64,000 nt of DNA from Picochlorum sp. SENEW3 (Eukaryota). A program made the position numbers and the translations under genes. Below, one piece after another: positions 1 through 11,972 of the stretch (position 1 is the stretch's first letter; each line of letters starts with the position of its first letter). The notes below the pieces were generated by a model, which had not been told where the DNA came from, made no database searches, and saw only the letters and a list, made by a program, of their open reading frames with translations. The stretch spans positions 930,001 through 994,000 of the forward strand of contig CP120454.1 of assembly GCA_034226945.1 (NCBI GenBank), read 5' to 3'.

Positions 1-821
1 CCAGGGTCACACGTGCCCTCCTCAGCCTTGTAGGGATAACTCTCCTCCGTGTCAATACCTCCATTGTCCACCACAAAATCAAATGCAAAATCCATCAAAC
101 CCCCCTTGCACCCATGATCCTTTGTCGTATCACAATCAATAAGCATCTGCTCTGACAACGACACCATCTCACCAGTCACCAAGGCATTCACACCCTCAAT
201 AGCACCAGTCGTAGAAAATGCCCAGCAACTTCCACACATTGCCTGATTTTTTACAGGACCAACAGCTCCCTTCTCTACCCAATCAATATACTCTGGAAGA
301 TCACTCTCATCCACATCATCATACCTATTCTGGCCCTTGTTTGATGTCTCCTTACGAACAAACCTGGTCTTCATCAACCCAAGCTCCTCCTTCCATTCAT
401 CATGAGTCAAATCAGCAAACGCATTCATACCAAGCCAGTGCGACTTTGACCCATCATTATACTCCATAACATACCGAAGGTTCTCCATCCACACGGCAAA
501 CTTGGAGTCATACTCTTCCCTACTCCCATACTCTTTCGACGCCCCCTTCACCCACGCCTGAAACACATCCTTTGCATTCTCCTCAACATGCCCCTTCTCC
601 ATCCACACAAACTCTGGACTAGCCCCCCGCCCGAAACGAGCAAACCCCAATCCAAAAAGCCCTTGCTGTCCATCAGACACTAACACTGGAACATGCGTCG
701 CTGTATTCTTCCCCTGTCCAACACCTCTGGATTCCACCATGGAGAATACACCAAGCAGCAGCAAACCAACAGCCACAAGGCTGCCATTGTAGTAGTGTCC
801 AAGACTCCTGACGTGTTTCAT
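1..821 (-). CDS. Papain-family (C1A) cysteine protease, RD21/cathepsin L-like; 3' part runs off the window
   Basis: Manual minus-strand translation from ATG 821: hydrophobic signal-like segment, prodomain, then [21 protein letters not shown] (oxyanion Gln, catalytic Cys), [22 protein letters not shown] and YPY. Absent from the ORF track because no stop lies in the window. Confidence 0.93.
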   Translation of the reverse strand, partial: MKHVRSLGHYYNGSLVAVGLLLLGVFSMVESRGVGQGKNTATHVPVLVSDGQQGLFGLGFARFGRGASPEFVWMEKGHVEENAKDVFQAWVKGASKEYGSREEYDSKFAVWMENLRYVMEYNDGSKSHWLGMNAFADLTHDEWKEELGLMKTRFVRKETSNKGQNRYDDVDESDLPEYIDWVEKGAVGPVKNQAMCGSCWAFSTTGAIEGVNALVTGEMVSLSEQMLIDCDTTKDHGCKGGLMDFAFDFVVDNGGIDTEESYPYKAEEGTCDP

Positions 822-1269
822 GGCTGACAAATCTCCTACTCTCTTCTGTTCAAAATGCACCACTCCTACATGCAACCTCTACTGTGTATTCTATCTTTAT
901 ATACGAGTTTTAAGAGCTACGAGGTCGGTTGGCGAGTATTCACGAGGGTTTCCGGAATGCTCCCAGAAAGACCGAGATATTTTTAATCTATTTAATCTAG
1001 ACATGGACACAGGTTCGGGAGACTGTCCCGGTGGTTGCCAAGTCGTTGGTCAGATTCTGATGCAGATAAACAAGGCTTGATGGACCATGGCAATGCTATA
1101 GAGTATAGTAGATAATTTTATTGTATTTGATTGTCTCTGTACTGTCGTGAGAGAAACGGTTGGTCGATTGGAAGACGATCGTGAATCGACAGGGGACAGT
1201 CCATCGCCGCATTGATGGGATTCGAGTGCTAGATAGAGGTCATAGTTCGTTTTGATAGTAGTTACAAGT

Positions 1270-2986
1270 ATGGAGGGCGGTGCAGATTGTGAAAGAGGGC
1301 ATGTGAATCAGTTGGGGTTGTGGGAGTATGACGCTCCTCGGTTTCACGACTTTGAGCAACCATCTCCGTCGTATGGAGCGTGTAGTGTAGATGAATGGTT
1401 TGATACTTCTGCTACAAAGGGATTGATGAGTCCTGTTTCTGGAGGAGGCTCGCCGGATGGAGGTGATAGTGAAGGACAGAAAGGGGTGGAGAAGGAGAGT
1501 GATGTGACATCCAAGTCGACCAAGGAGAGAAAGGTGTTGGGGAATGTGACGAATACAATCAAGGTTGTCGATCCAGTGGTGGGGATGGGTCCTCAGAAGC
1601 AGCATACGAGGAGTGTGGTTGAAACTAGAAATGTTTGTACAGCTGATGCCAAGGGTGATGCGTGTCAAGAAAAAGCAGTACATGCTACACGATCTGTCAA
1701 GAGGGATGAAAAGCCTGTTGCATTGGTTAGAGCGAAAGAGGATGTTGAAGAAACGTCTGTTCAGAAGAAGCAAGAGGTGCCTGCGTTGCATAGGGAGGAT
1801 GCAGCATCTAAAAAGAAGAAGCAGGATGCAGCAACGCATAGGCCTGTGACACGGTCATGGACCGGGAAGCTGACCGTGCCAAAGAGTCCAATGTTGTTGT
1901 CTAGGATGCGAGGTACTGTGCACAAGAAAGTTATCAAATCTAGTGAAGATCTGGAGATGGAAGAGATTGAGAGGAAGAGGAAGGAAGTGGCTGCATTGAA
2001 AAAGAAGAATCAGTGTCATAGGAATACGGGGTTGGAGCAGCCACGGCAGCCTCAGAATAAGCGAAAACAGGTCACGGTGCCAAGAGAGCCCAATTTGAGG
2101 ACATCAAAACGGATGAGGACTGTGGCTACTGTTCCAAAAGAAGCTGTAGCACCTTCAGGTTTTACAGTTGGCAAGCCATCTACAGCTAACAGGCAAATAC
2201 GCGCTAGAAATGCACGTCCAGTGGCGAGGGATGAGTCTCGTCCGGTGACACGGTCACAGAATCGAAAGCTGACGCTGCCAAAGACACCAAACTTTGCGAC
2301 AAAGGGTAGGATACGGGCACCACGGTTTAAAACAACAGAGGAATTGGAATTAGAAGAGATTGAAAGGAATAAGTTCAAGGCCAAGCCATTAAATAGGAAG
2401 ATGTTGGAGAAGAAGCAGAGTTCCAAGCCTGCGATCAAGTCAAAGAAGCCGGTTACCGTCCCGCAACCATTTTCCTTTGCTACTGAAAAGAGGGCAGCCT
2501 CTTGCCATTCTAGAGGGTCTGCTGATATTTCATACCCCAAGCCTTTCATCTTTGGAGAAAGACCGGTGACAAGAAGCAAAGCTAAAGTAGCCACGACAAA
2601 AAGCACTCAAAAAGCGGGCGTGTTGCCCAAGAGTCAACAGGAGAAGAAGAAGAGCTCGACAGAGCCAGTTGTCACAGCATCTATCGATGAGGGATTAGCA
2701 CAGCCAAGAATTAGACAAGCAGCAAGGGGCTCACTGTTGCTAGGTGGTGCAATGCGGGTGATTAGAAGCCAAAACGATGATGACGAGCCCGAGGTGGAGC
2801 CTGCAGCCCAACAAGAATGCACTGCTGCTGATGGTGTGCACGACTTTATCAAGGTGAGTGTGGATGTTGTGTTTTAGTCAAATGAATCCTGTATTACATT
2901 TTTTTTTGAGTTTTGTTTTTGTGCCTTTGCAGAATCGAGGAGATGATGAAAAATCAACTCTACACAATCCACTATTCAGGATGTAA
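1270..2986 (+). CDS. TPX2: TPX2-like microtubule-associated protein; exons 1270-2853 and 2933-2986
   Basis: N-terminal WEYDAPRFHDF...DEWFD resembles the Aurora-binding segment; repeated LTVPKSP / VTVPREPNLRT / LTLPKTPNFAT / VTVPQPFSFAT motifs and FKAKP. GT-AG intron 2854-2932 gives C-terminus NRGDDEKSTLHNPLFRM*. Confidence 0.75.
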
Positions 2987-3007
2987 TGTGTGCACATTGT
3001 AAAAAAG

Positions 3008-4606
3008 TTAATTTTCATCATCATCACTGTCATTGCTCAACTCTTTGAATGCCTCATCACCTCCAGAGTTTTCCTTCATACACTTCCATCCATCCAATTT
3101 ATTCAAGTCGAGACACCATAAATCATCCAATACAACATCTGTGTGTCCTATCTCAACCATTCCTCCCCAGAGCCAGAGAGTGTTTTTGAGCACAAAGAGT
3201 GTTGGGGCCGATCGTGCTCTTGGCCTGATCAGGTCTTTTGAATCCCAATCAATGCCATATGTAGCCGGTGAATATAGTAGCTCTGATACCTTGCCTCCGA
3301 CTCGATACGTCTCGTATGCTTTGCGAACAACGTATCCTCTAAATGCTGCCTGAATGAGTGTTGCAGCTCTAGCAGCCGAGGCATTCTTGTCTTGTGTTGC
3401 CTTTGACAAGGCTGAATCAAGAGTAGTTTCACTGTTGGATTCTTGGTTTTTTGATTTGGACTTTGGAGGCTTCACCGTGACAGGAAACCACCTCCGTGAA
3501 TTCATGTTGAACTGATATGCCTCGTTGAAAAGTTCCGAGTACATTTTATCCCCTTGTCCTTCCTGGTCAAAGACACCACCAAAGATGATTGCCTTGCCCT
3601 TTGATTGCTGCACTGCTAGGCCAAAAGATGTTCGAGGAGTTGGTGCCATACCCTCTTTCTTCACCTTTTGCCAGGACCATTTTATGAGATCCAGTGCCCA
3701 AATATCATCGTGCACAATGCCCTTCTCATCATCATCATCGACCTCCTTCTTTCCTTTGCTTTTACTTCCCACGACGTTTGACTTGATGGACTGCTTTACA
3801 GAGTATCCTCCGATGACGTACACGGTTGATGTTTCTGCATGCAATGCCAACTGGCACCCACCACGTGGAGAGGGTCCAGTGGCGCCCAATGCATTCTGTT
3901 TATTCTCCCACGTCAGAGAATCGAGATCAAACACCCATACATCATTATAGTAACGTGTAGTTTTCCCAGTATCGTAAAACCCGCCAAACATGACGATGAT
4001 ATTCTTGTATGCAATCATACGATGACCACTCCTTGGTGTTGGAGATGGAGAAGAACCCTTCACTCCAACCTGCTCCCAGACCCATGTCGAGGTATCGATT
4101 CTCCAGAGATCCGAGTAGTGGCGGAACTTGTCATGGTTGCGGGAGGTGAACTCACCTCCGAAGACGTACATGTACGACTTTGTAACAACTGCTTGGTGAG
4201 ATGTTCGTGGCAATGGTCCATTTGGGCTAATGATTTGTTTCCACTGCATCGTCTGAGTGTTGAAGACGTACAAATCGGCATACACATGCATTGTATCTTC
4301 TTTTGGGTCCAGCCACTCCCCACCAAACATGATGATTTCCTTATCATTCAATGGCTGCACAGAGGCATACACCCTTGCTGTAGGTGGAGGGCACTTTTCC
4401 ACTATTCTAACCGCATTATTCTCTTCATCTTGCAGCTTAAATCTAGCCAATAAAGCATCAATATCATTTTCTTCTGATTGTGCCTTTCGAGCCTCTCGGC
4501 GCTCGCCCTTGGCCAAATTCTTTTGAGTTTTCTTCTCTGTTTTTGCAGCGCCAACGCCAGGCTTGCTCCCCTTCTGCTTTTTCCGTTTATCCCGCCCACT
4601 CCCCAT
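3008..4606 (-). CDS. Kelch-repeat protein, KLHDC4/Kel3-like, with an inserted IQ motif
   Basis: Lys-rich N-terminus, DIDALLARF, multiple FGG kelch repeats (FGGEF, RSGHRM, FGGFYD), C-terminal LDDLWCLDLNKLDGW; LIQAAFRGYVVRK IQ-like motif. Confidence 0.88.
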   Translation of the reverse strand: MGSGRDKRKKQKGSKPGVGAAKTEKKTQKNLAKGERREARKAQSEENDIDALLARFKLQDEENNAVRIVEKCPPPTARVYASVQPLNDKEIIMFGGEWLDPKEDTMHVYADLYVFNTQTMQWKQIISPNGPLPRTSHQAVVTKSYMYVFGGEFTSRNHDKFRHYSDLWRIDTSTWVWEQVGVKGSSPSPTPRSGHRMIAYKNIIVMFGGFYDTGKTTRYYNDVWVFDLDSLTWENKQNALGATGPSPRGGCQLALHAETSTVYVIGGYSVKQSIKSNVVGSKSKGKKEVDDDDEKGIVHDDIWALDLIKWSWQKVKKEGMAPTPRTSFGLAVQQSKGKAIIFGGVFDQEGQGDKMYSELFNEAYQFNMNSRRWFPVTVKPPKSKSKNQESNSETTLDSALSKATQDKNASAARAATLIQAAFRGYVVRKAYETYRVGGKVSELLYSPATYGIDWDSKDLIRPRARSAPTLFVLKNTLWLWGGMVEIGHTDVVLDDLWCLDLNKLDGWKCMKENSGGDEAFKELSNDSDDDEN

Positions 4607-5081
4607 TGTCTGAGATACTCAAAACCATAATATTACACAAATCTAGTGCAATATATGCCACTCATTGTCCGTATACCATGCATCTGACCCGAATATCTCT
4701 GTGTGCGATTGCAAAACTTGGCCTTTAAAGGCCGCAATTGTGGAGAGCCGATCAACTCACCTCCAGTTCAAGATCTCAAAACCCCTGATGGCCCCAAACA
4801 TGGACGAGAGCGTCGTCAATCGACGACATATAATTCAAATATAGATAGGAAGCAATACATTTTGTCAGATCCAAGAAGAGTCACGAGGACAGTGAAGGTC
4901 TTGCACCTTCCCAGAACTTGGTTTGGCGTGTATTTCTATGCCCGCTTTACATCAAGCGAAATATAGGTCAAAAAGAAGATATAGTTATATGATTTCTATT
5001 TAATGAGGACCCACAAAGTCTAGTCACGGGTTTCGAAGTGTTTCGACAGACACGGTTTGACAGCAAGTGTCCGTTTCGACA

Positions 5082-7064
5082 ATGATTGCCCCGTTTGTAT
5101 CTTCGTACGCACTCGCCTTTTGGTTTGGGGTGCTTAGCTGCCTATGTATGGTATCCATTGCGTGGTTCTCATATCAGAGGTATTCCAAAAGGCGGCGGAA
5201 CATGTGCAGCGCATCCCAGATGTCAGAGTTGTCCAGGGAAAACATCAGCAGGATTTTTTCAAAAGAGACTGGAGGCCTCCCGCCTTGGTTGAAGTCTCCC
5301 GATTTCAATAATCCCGCATTCGTCAATGCAGCTATGCAGCTTTTATGGCCTAAAATAGACAAGGCTGGAGCTGCTTGGGCTTTTAAGGATAGAAACTTGG
5401 AGACTCTGCTTAATAATGAGACATTCTGGAAACCTAAATGGCTCGCTGCAAGTGGCGTGGTTTTGCAGAGTCTAGTTCTTGGTCAGAATCCACCAAAAGT
5501 GACTGATATTAAAGTATACCCTTCGAGTCAAGGATCGTCAGGCACAGCTATTGTGGCTGATGTTGCTTTTTCGTGGGATTCCAAAATGGAAGTCAAACTT
5601 GCGATGAAGACATTGGATGGCGTGGATTCCAAGTCTTTAGTGGATAAAATGTTGTCATTTGTCTATAGCACAATATCCATCAAGGTAGTTGTGAGGAATC
5701 TCGTAGCAAGAGGGAGTCTGCGAGTGATACTATCTCCATTGGTTGACAAAATTCCAGTTGTCGGGGGCGTCCATGTATCATTCCTTGAGGCCCCTTCCAT
5801 CAATTACGAGGTCAGTTCGTTTGGCGCAAACCCACTCATGGTACCAGGTTTAGAGAGTTGGATGAATAGTTTCATCTCAGAGCAAGTCATGAACCCATTC
5901 ACGTTTCCAGATGGGTTTGGCCTTGACATTAACAAGTTACTTGGTTTCGATGGCATTGCTGCTCATCTTCATCCTGAAGGAATACTTGCAGTCACTATTA
6001 AATCCGCAACTGGTGTCCCACGAACCGATTGGTTCGGTTTGTGTGATCCTTATGTGAAAGTTTTCTTGAAGCCCTCGGTGAAAAATTCAACCACAGTCAA
6101 ATCAAATACACTATCCCCTATTTGGAACGAGGAGTTTGACTTTGTCGTACATGATATGAAACACCAATCTTTGCATTTGCAGCTGTACGATTCCGAAGCT
6201 CTTCGGCAAGATTCATACATTGGAAATGTCTCCATCCCCTTGAATAAGATCAAGTGGGACAATGGTATTGCTGATATCATTGTGCCAGTGGATATTTTTG
6301 GCAGGAAGAAGAAATCAAGCAGGAAAGCGTCGCCAACCTTGTCAATGTCGAGCAACGGCTCTGAAATTGATGACATTGTCTCACAGGGAGATTTCATTGC
6401 AGACACCATCATCTATGCCAACGACCTGGAAAGGGAGCAACAGAAGAATCTGTTTGGTTACGGAAATTTATCGGGTGCACTCAAGACAATTGGAATGCAC
6501 AAAGATTGTAGAATTCATCTGAAGATTGAGTTTATCAAATTTTCCGTATCAGAGGTCAATGCTGTATCTGATGCAGTGGCTGGCAAAGTTTCAGACCAAG
6601 ATGCTCATCATGGGCTGTCAAATAGAGCAAGACGATTCATTCATGGTGGTATGCTGTATATTAATCTCAGTAGAGCTTTGAATTTGAAATCAGGAACACA
6701 AATTACAAAAAAATTCAGAATTGTCACCACAGTTGGTAACAGGAATGAAGCCCCAGAGTACTCCAGAGTCTCAGAGAGAACTGGTCTAGGAAAAAGCCTC
6801 AATGCAAGAGATCCAGTATTTGACGATTCTTTAGACATTCTCTTGGATGGAGACTGTGCGAACGATGCAGACGCAGTCGTTAAAGTTGAGATATTTGTCA
6901 TACATTTGGGTAGGAAGCCCAAGTCAAGAGGATATACAGTCATTGATCTTGCAGACGTGATCAAATCTGGCAGAATGCAAAATAAATTTGATTTAAAAGG
7001 ACAACATTCAGGAGGACAAATTGAAATGGGGCTAGAATGGTTGCCGACAATGGATTCATTGTAA
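5082..7064 (+). CDS. Synaptotagmin-like / extended synaptotagmin (TM-SMP-C2-C2)
   Basis: N-terminal TM, SMP-like region (LPPWLKSPD...FVNAAMQLLWP), C2 domain with DWFGLCDPYVK, LSPIWNEEF, YDSE..QDSYIG, and a second degenerate C2. First ATG at 5082. Confidence 0.88.
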   Translation: MIAPFVSSYALAFWFGVLSCLCMVSIAWFSYQRYSKRRRNMCSASQMSELSRENISRIFSKETGGLPPWLKSPDFNNPAFVNAAMQLLWPKIDKAGAAWAFKDRNLETLLNNETFWKPKWLAASGVVLQSLVLGQNPPKVTDIKVYPSSQGSSGTAIVADVAFSWDSKMEVKLAMKTLDGVDSKSLVDKMLSFVYSTISIKVVVRNLVARGSLRVILSPLVDKIPVVGGVHVSFLEAPSINYEVSSFGANPLMVPGLESWMNSFISEQVMNPFTFPDGFGLDINKLLGFDGIAAHLHPEGILAVTIKSATGVPRTDWFGLCDPYVKVFLKPSVKNSTTVKSNTLSPIWNEEFDFVVHDMKHQSLHLQLYDSEALRQDSYIGNVSIPLNKIKWDNGIADIIVPVDIFGRKKKSSRKASPTLSMSSNGSEIDDIVSQGDFIADTIIYANDLEREQQKNLFGYGNLSGALKTIGMHKDCRIHLKIEFIKFSVSEVNAVSDAVAGKVSDQDAHHGLSNRARRFIHGGMLYINLSRALNLKSGTQITKKFRIVTTVGNRNEAPEYSRVSERTGLGKSLNARDPVFDDSLDILLDGDCANDADAVVKVEIFVIHLGRKPKSRGYTVIDLADVIKSGRMQNKFDLKGQHSGGQIEMGLEWLPTMDSL

Positions 7065-7081
7065 ATCATCATCTCCTAGAC

Positions 7082-8035
7082 TCATGGCTGCTCATGTTTC
7101 TCAGGATCATATGGCTCCCATGCTGAAAAAGGAAATATATGCTTATTTTTACTGTAAAATTGCCGCTCTACCACCTTTCCTGCATGTCTATCTTTCGATT
7201 TCATTCTTGGATCAGACTGAGTAACAGTATATTCCTGAACATCAAATTGGAACAAGGGTCCACTCTTCCCCTGTGCCTTTTTCGAAATCAATTCATAAAA
7301 TGTCATTGTGTGAGGAAGAATCACATCCTCCTTAATATACATTAAACTACTAGAACTGGAGGATTTAATCTCTCGGAAATCAGGTGCAAGTTGCTGCTGG
7401 ACAGCCTTCAAAAAAGTCGAGACGCTATCCCCTTTAGAAACAATCACACTCTTCCTGTGTCCAGATCCATTGTAATACGAATATGTTATTTCAAGCGGCT
7501 CCTTCTTTATCTCTGCCTGCCTTTGAATCCACTCGTTCTTCAACTCGTTTCGTATCCGTTCTTCTTCCAATTCTCTATCTTTATCAGGCAGAAAATCCGT
7601 TGCTATACTTGGATCTTTTCCAAATGTCGCCAGCATTGTCTTCCCATCTCCTCTCTCAACATTGTCTTCTTCCTCCTCCTCCTCCTCCTCGTCCATTGCA
7701 AAAGACAGGCAAACCTTCTTAATCTTCTTTGTTGTCTTACCCTCGCCACCTCCTTCTTGCCGTCGCTTCCCAGCATCACTCGCCGCATCCTCTTCCCCAG
7801 AAACCTGAAATGTCTGACGCTGCTTCTCAACAAACTCCTCCTTTGTAATGAGGCCCACCGTCTGGTTCCTAAACTCCTCCTCAGCCTTTTCTGTTCTCGC
7901 ATGATCAAAATCTCTCATGCCTCGAGAATGCTGCTGCAAAATCGCATCTTTGGAATGCTTCAGACTGTCCTTCTGTTTCTCCCTTTCCTTCACCTGCCGC
8001 AACAATTTATCGTCAGCCCTGGATGATAAACCCAT
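7082..8035 (-). CDS. XCT: XAP5/FAM50 family protein (XAP5 circadian timekeeper-like)
   Basis: QTVGLITKEEF, GKDPSIATDFLPDKDRE, ITYSYYNGSGHR, LMYIKEDVILPH, GKSGPLFQFDV, KNKHIFPFSAWEPYDP. Confidence 0.93.
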   Translation of the reverse strand: MGLSSRADDKLLRQVKEREKQKDSLKHSKDAILQQHSRGMRDFDHARTEKAEEEFRNQTVGLITKEEFVEKQRQTFQVSGEEDAASDAGKRRQEGGGEGKTTKKIKKVCLSFAMDEEEEEEEEDNVERGDGKTMLATFGKDPSIATDFLPDKDRELEEERIRNELKNEWIQRQAEIKKEPLEITYSYYNGSGHRKSVIVSKGDSVSTFLKAVQQQLAPDFREIKSSSSSSLMYIKEDVILPHTMTFYELISKKAQGKSGPLFQFDVQEYTVTQSDPRMKSKDRHAGKVVERQFYSKNKHIFPFSAWEPYDPEKHEQP

Positions 8036-8416
8036 ACTAGGCTAGAAATATAGGATATAAAGATATTACTGTAGTAAATTATTGTCGATCAAACAATTTC
8101 AAAGGCCCTTTTGTAATTTTATTTTGGGTGGGATGGTGGACCTGTCTGTTGATTTCTCCTTGTATCCCATCAAGGATGCTCGTCGACCGATCTGTATTAA
8201 TTGCAACCTTACAAAATAGAAAACTGCGTGATGAGATGGGTACAAGGGCACGGAAACCATCCATGCATGGAATAGTTGCAAATATTATTTACTTTGTTTA
8301 TTAGCCAGTGGGATTCGAGCGAGAAAAGCCACATACGTGTCCATAAGACACTGTAGTTGTTCTGAGCAACGGTCTTTTTTCCTGGATCAGCTAAAACTCC
8401 ATTTGTGTCCATCAAT

Positions 8417-9292
8417 ATGTCGTTTCAGACTACAAATAGCCCTCAAGGAAATGGAAATCAGAATTTAGAGACATTTAGTCTGCTCTTTTCTCCTCCTGCG
8501 GATCCTTTGGGGCAACAGATGCAGTCATCTCCTCTAGCTCGTTCTGCCTCAAAGATGACCCCAGGTAGCAGCGTACAGAAGAATGTATTCAGAGATTATA
8601 CCCCAAAGTCCAGACGACGGAGTATGACGCCGTCGAGCAGGAGCATAGGGAAAGAGACACCTCCACCTCCACCAACAACGAGTCTGTTTGATACGACGGG
8701 TGAGGTGGTTCCAAAAGCTCTGGATGTAGACAAGGACGGCGCTGTAGATATGAACATCTCACCTGGTCATGTAGAAGAGCAGGGTATGTGGTCGCGCAAG
8801 GCACGAACGACACCTCTGCCACGGCACCCTTCCGTGCAGGACTATGAGAGTTGCTGGGTGACGGTGTATGGTTTTCATAAGAATGAGCTGCCTCTTGTGC
8901 TGAGAGAATTCTCAAAGTGCGGAGATATTGTTGATTTTGGGCACTTTAATGATGGTCCGTACGTGAATTGGACCCACATCTGTTATGATACAAAGTATGC
9001 AGCACAAAGGGCTCTTCTGAGATCTGGGCAACAGCTGTCACCCACGTGCATGGTGGGTGTAAAAGAGTTGGATCAGGGTAAAGTGAAAGATATAGAGCAA
9101 CAGCGACGAGACAACAATGGTCGAGAGGAGGGCACAGCATCGAGGTATAGTAGCAACAAGGTGGAGATACCCACCCTGTCGGTGAAAAAGACGGAAGAAG
9201 AGAGGAAAAAGATGGTTGCCGCACAGAAGATTGTTCCATTAGAATCCACTTCCGCGTGGGAAAAAGTGTGTGAGTTTGTACTCGGTATTTAA
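8417..9292 (+). CDS. NUP35: Nucleoporin Nup35/Nup53 (MPPN RRM-like domain)
   Basis: Ser/Pro-rich N-terminus with PPPTTSLFD; WVTVYGF...FSKCGDIV...NWTHICY...AQRAL; C-terminal amphipathic WEKVCEFVLGI. Confidence 0.88.
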   Translation: MSFQTTNSPQGNGNQNLETFSLLFSPPADPLGQQMQSSPLARSASKMTPGSSVQKNVFRDYTPKSRRRSMTPSSRSIGKETPPPPPTTSLFDTTGEVVPKALDVDKDGAVDMNISPGHVEEQGMWSRKARTTPLPRHPSVQDYESCWVTVYGFHKNELPLVLREFSKCGDIVDFGHFNDGPYVNWTHICYDTKYAAQRALLRSGQQLSPTCMVGVKELDQGKVKDIEQQRRDNNGREEGTASRYSSNKVEIPTLSVKKTEEERKKMVAAQKIVPLESTSAWEKVCEFVLGI

Positions 9293-9297
9293 CGATA

Positions 9298-10045
9298 TCA
9301 TCCATACCAGTAATACAGAATCACCAAAACAAGTGTAATCACAGCCATGCCACCATAGGCAATCAACTTATCCACAGCAATTCTCCTCTCAGCTATCCGT
9401 AACACAGAGTCAGACATACCTATAGTGTTCAACACATCTAGTACTTTTCTATGGGCAGATTTCAGCACATCTCGTTGCTGTGCCATGGATGAGAGCACAC
9501 TCAAACCTGTCTGATATGCCTCTTCTGCCACCTGCTTCGATCGACGTATTCGCTCTTTACCCTCTGCTTCGACATCAAAGTTGGTCACAGACATGCCATT
9601 CCGTCGATGCAGTAATTCCTGGCGCTGAGCTTCCTCAGCCTTCCAACTCATGTATTTAGCATTGCACGAATCCATAGCGCGTTCCAGCGCATACGTTTCA
9701 TCAATAATCTGATCTATCCTTCTCTTCCATATATTCATACTACTCGTGTTCTTCCCACTCATGGATTGCATCCTCCAGAGAGATTCAAGGTCAAAACTAA
9801 TCTTCTGCAACTGCTGCAACTGCTTCTGCAATTCTTCGTCAGCATACCGCGATGAGGATGCTCCATTTCCAGCATCTCTCCTCTGAATCACATAATTATA
9901 TATATGTACGTATAGTATACTCGCTGTGACCCATTAAGAATACACATACCGTTCGACGGGAACCTGATTCTAATTTGGAAATGCCAGACCCAACTGACAG
10001 TATCAGTTTTCTGGCCTGGCTATGCAGCGTTGGAATATCAGACAT
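9298..10045 (-). CDS. Golgi Qb-SNARE membrin/GOSR2/Bos1; exons 10045-9950 and 9882-9298
   Basis: WKRRIDQI, SNARE motif QRDVLKSAHRKVLDVLNTIGMSDSVLRIAERR, DKLIAYGGM plus C-terminal TM; in-frame GT-AG intron 9883-9949. Confidence 0.9.
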
Positions 10046-10222
10046 CTAAAAACACCAGTATTCGCGATTATTATGTATAGATTCGTACGACAACGCCACT
10101 AGAATATCATCGTTCAACAACGGTTGTTTTTTTTAAGAAAAAATCCTTATTTGAAACAATTGAACCGAGAAAAAAAGCATGTATTCTTCCATCGATAAGG
10201 CTATGTACCTAATCAGATATCC

Positions 10223-11749
10223 ATGGATCTGCAAGAGGCAAAGAATCTGGTGGCGGAGCTCTGTGCTGGGTTGTACACCCAAGGACATGTGAGTGGGACG
10301 GGTGGAGGAATCAGTATCAAGGTTGGAGATCAGATTGTGATGGCTCCATCAGGGGTGCAAAAGGAGCGAATGAAGGGTGAAGATATGTTTGTGCTGGATG
10401 CTGGCACTGGGGATATTATTGAGACGCCTCCAGCCAAGCCAGCACCTCACAAGCCTCCAAAGCTGAGTGAATGTTCCCCATTGTTCATGTCTGTACGTGG
10501 TTGTTGTTTGACACATACCGGTTCGGTTGATGCTATTGATGTATTTGTGTGTCCCGCAGGCGTATGAGCTACGAGGTGCTGGGGCAGTTCTTCATGGACA
10601 TTCCATGAATGCCATGTTGGCAACCATGCTCTATGAGGATGAGTTTACAGTGACGAATATTGAGATGATTAAAGGCATTGCTGGGCATGGATTCTATGAT
10701 AATTTGACAATACCCATTATTGAGAACACAGCGAGGGAATGTGAGCTGACAGACAGGCTCCGTGCTGCCATCAAAGAATACCCTCGTGCAACAGCTGTAC
10801 TGGTTCGTCGGCACGGCGTGTATGTGTGGGGTGACAACTGGATTCAGGCCAAAACGCAATTTGAGTGCTACGAGTATTTGTTTGAAGCTGCTGTGAGGAT
10901 GCATGCGCTTGGCATTGATGCCTCAGAACCACCTGTAGATGCTAGAAAGAAACGGCGGGTGGAACATGCGCCAAAATATATCGTTCTTGATATTGAAGGA
11001 ACGGTTGCTCCGATATCATTCGTATCTGAGACATTGTTCCCATATGCACGGGCTCGTTTGGTTGAGTATTTTACCAATGGATGGGGAATTGTGGAGGTTG
11101 AGAAGGACATTGAAATGTTACGAGAGTATGCCCGTGAGCAAGGAAGCCCTTTTCCAGAGGCAGACGAAAGCAGCAAGTCTGACATCATCAAAGCATGTGT
11201 CAGCATTTGTGAGGCTGATATGGATCAGGATAAGAAGAGTACCCCACTGAAGTCAGTTCAAGGCAATATCTGGACTGCTGGATTTGCCAAAGGTGAGCTC
11301 AAGGCTCCATTGTTTGATGATGTGCCCAGTGCGATTGTCGACTGGTATCGACATGGGACAAAGGTGTATATTTATTCCTCTGGATCTAGAAAGGCACAGC
11401 GAGATTTGTTCAGCCACACAACTGTAGGTGATCTGACACCATACCTTCAGGGGTTCTTTGATACAAGTTCTGGAGCCAAGGTGAGAAAACAATGATCACA
11501 TGTATATGCCTGTTGCAATGTATAATGTGTCACGTGTGTGTGCAGATTGAAGAGGCATCATACAAGAATATTGCTCTTTCTCTTGGGGCCACTTCCCCAT
11601 CTGATATTCTTTTTGCCACTGATAATATCAATGAAGCAATTGCTGCCGATAAAGCTGGATGGAATGTCATTGTCACTGATAGACCAGGTAATCAGCCAAT
11701 CACTGACTGCCAGTTCAAAATGGTCAAAGACCTGAGCAGTATTGCTTGA
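10223..11749 (+). CDS. DEP1: Bifunctional methylthioribulose-1-phosphate dehydratase / enolase-phosphatase E1 (MtnB-MtnC fusion); exons 10223-10492, 10560-11480, 11546-11749
   Basis: [37 protein letters not shown] (class II aldolase MtnB); HAD domain [23 protein letters not shown]. Two GT-AG introns join the three ORF pieces in frame. Confidence 0.95.
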
Positions 11750-11972
11750 CCATGGGATGTGTTGCAACACACACCCCTCTCCATTAATTCACCACAGATG
11801 TACTGTCTTTTTGGCCAATGACATGAATTCGTGCCCATTTTTGTAACTAGTATATAGTATATTACAGAAAATGTGATATGAGGATCCACACAAACATGTC
11901 AATGTGTATTCCGTGAAGGCCGCTAGTCTTGTCGCCGTGGGCAACAGCAGCAGTGAGACGCCACCCGCAGAC

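Noticed and set aside
1240..1839. 199-aa antisense ORF and many similar shadow ORFs (e.g. 2052-2606, 7391-8026, 29821-30444)
   Set aside because: They lie opposite or out of frame to well-supported genes and show no recognisable motifs.
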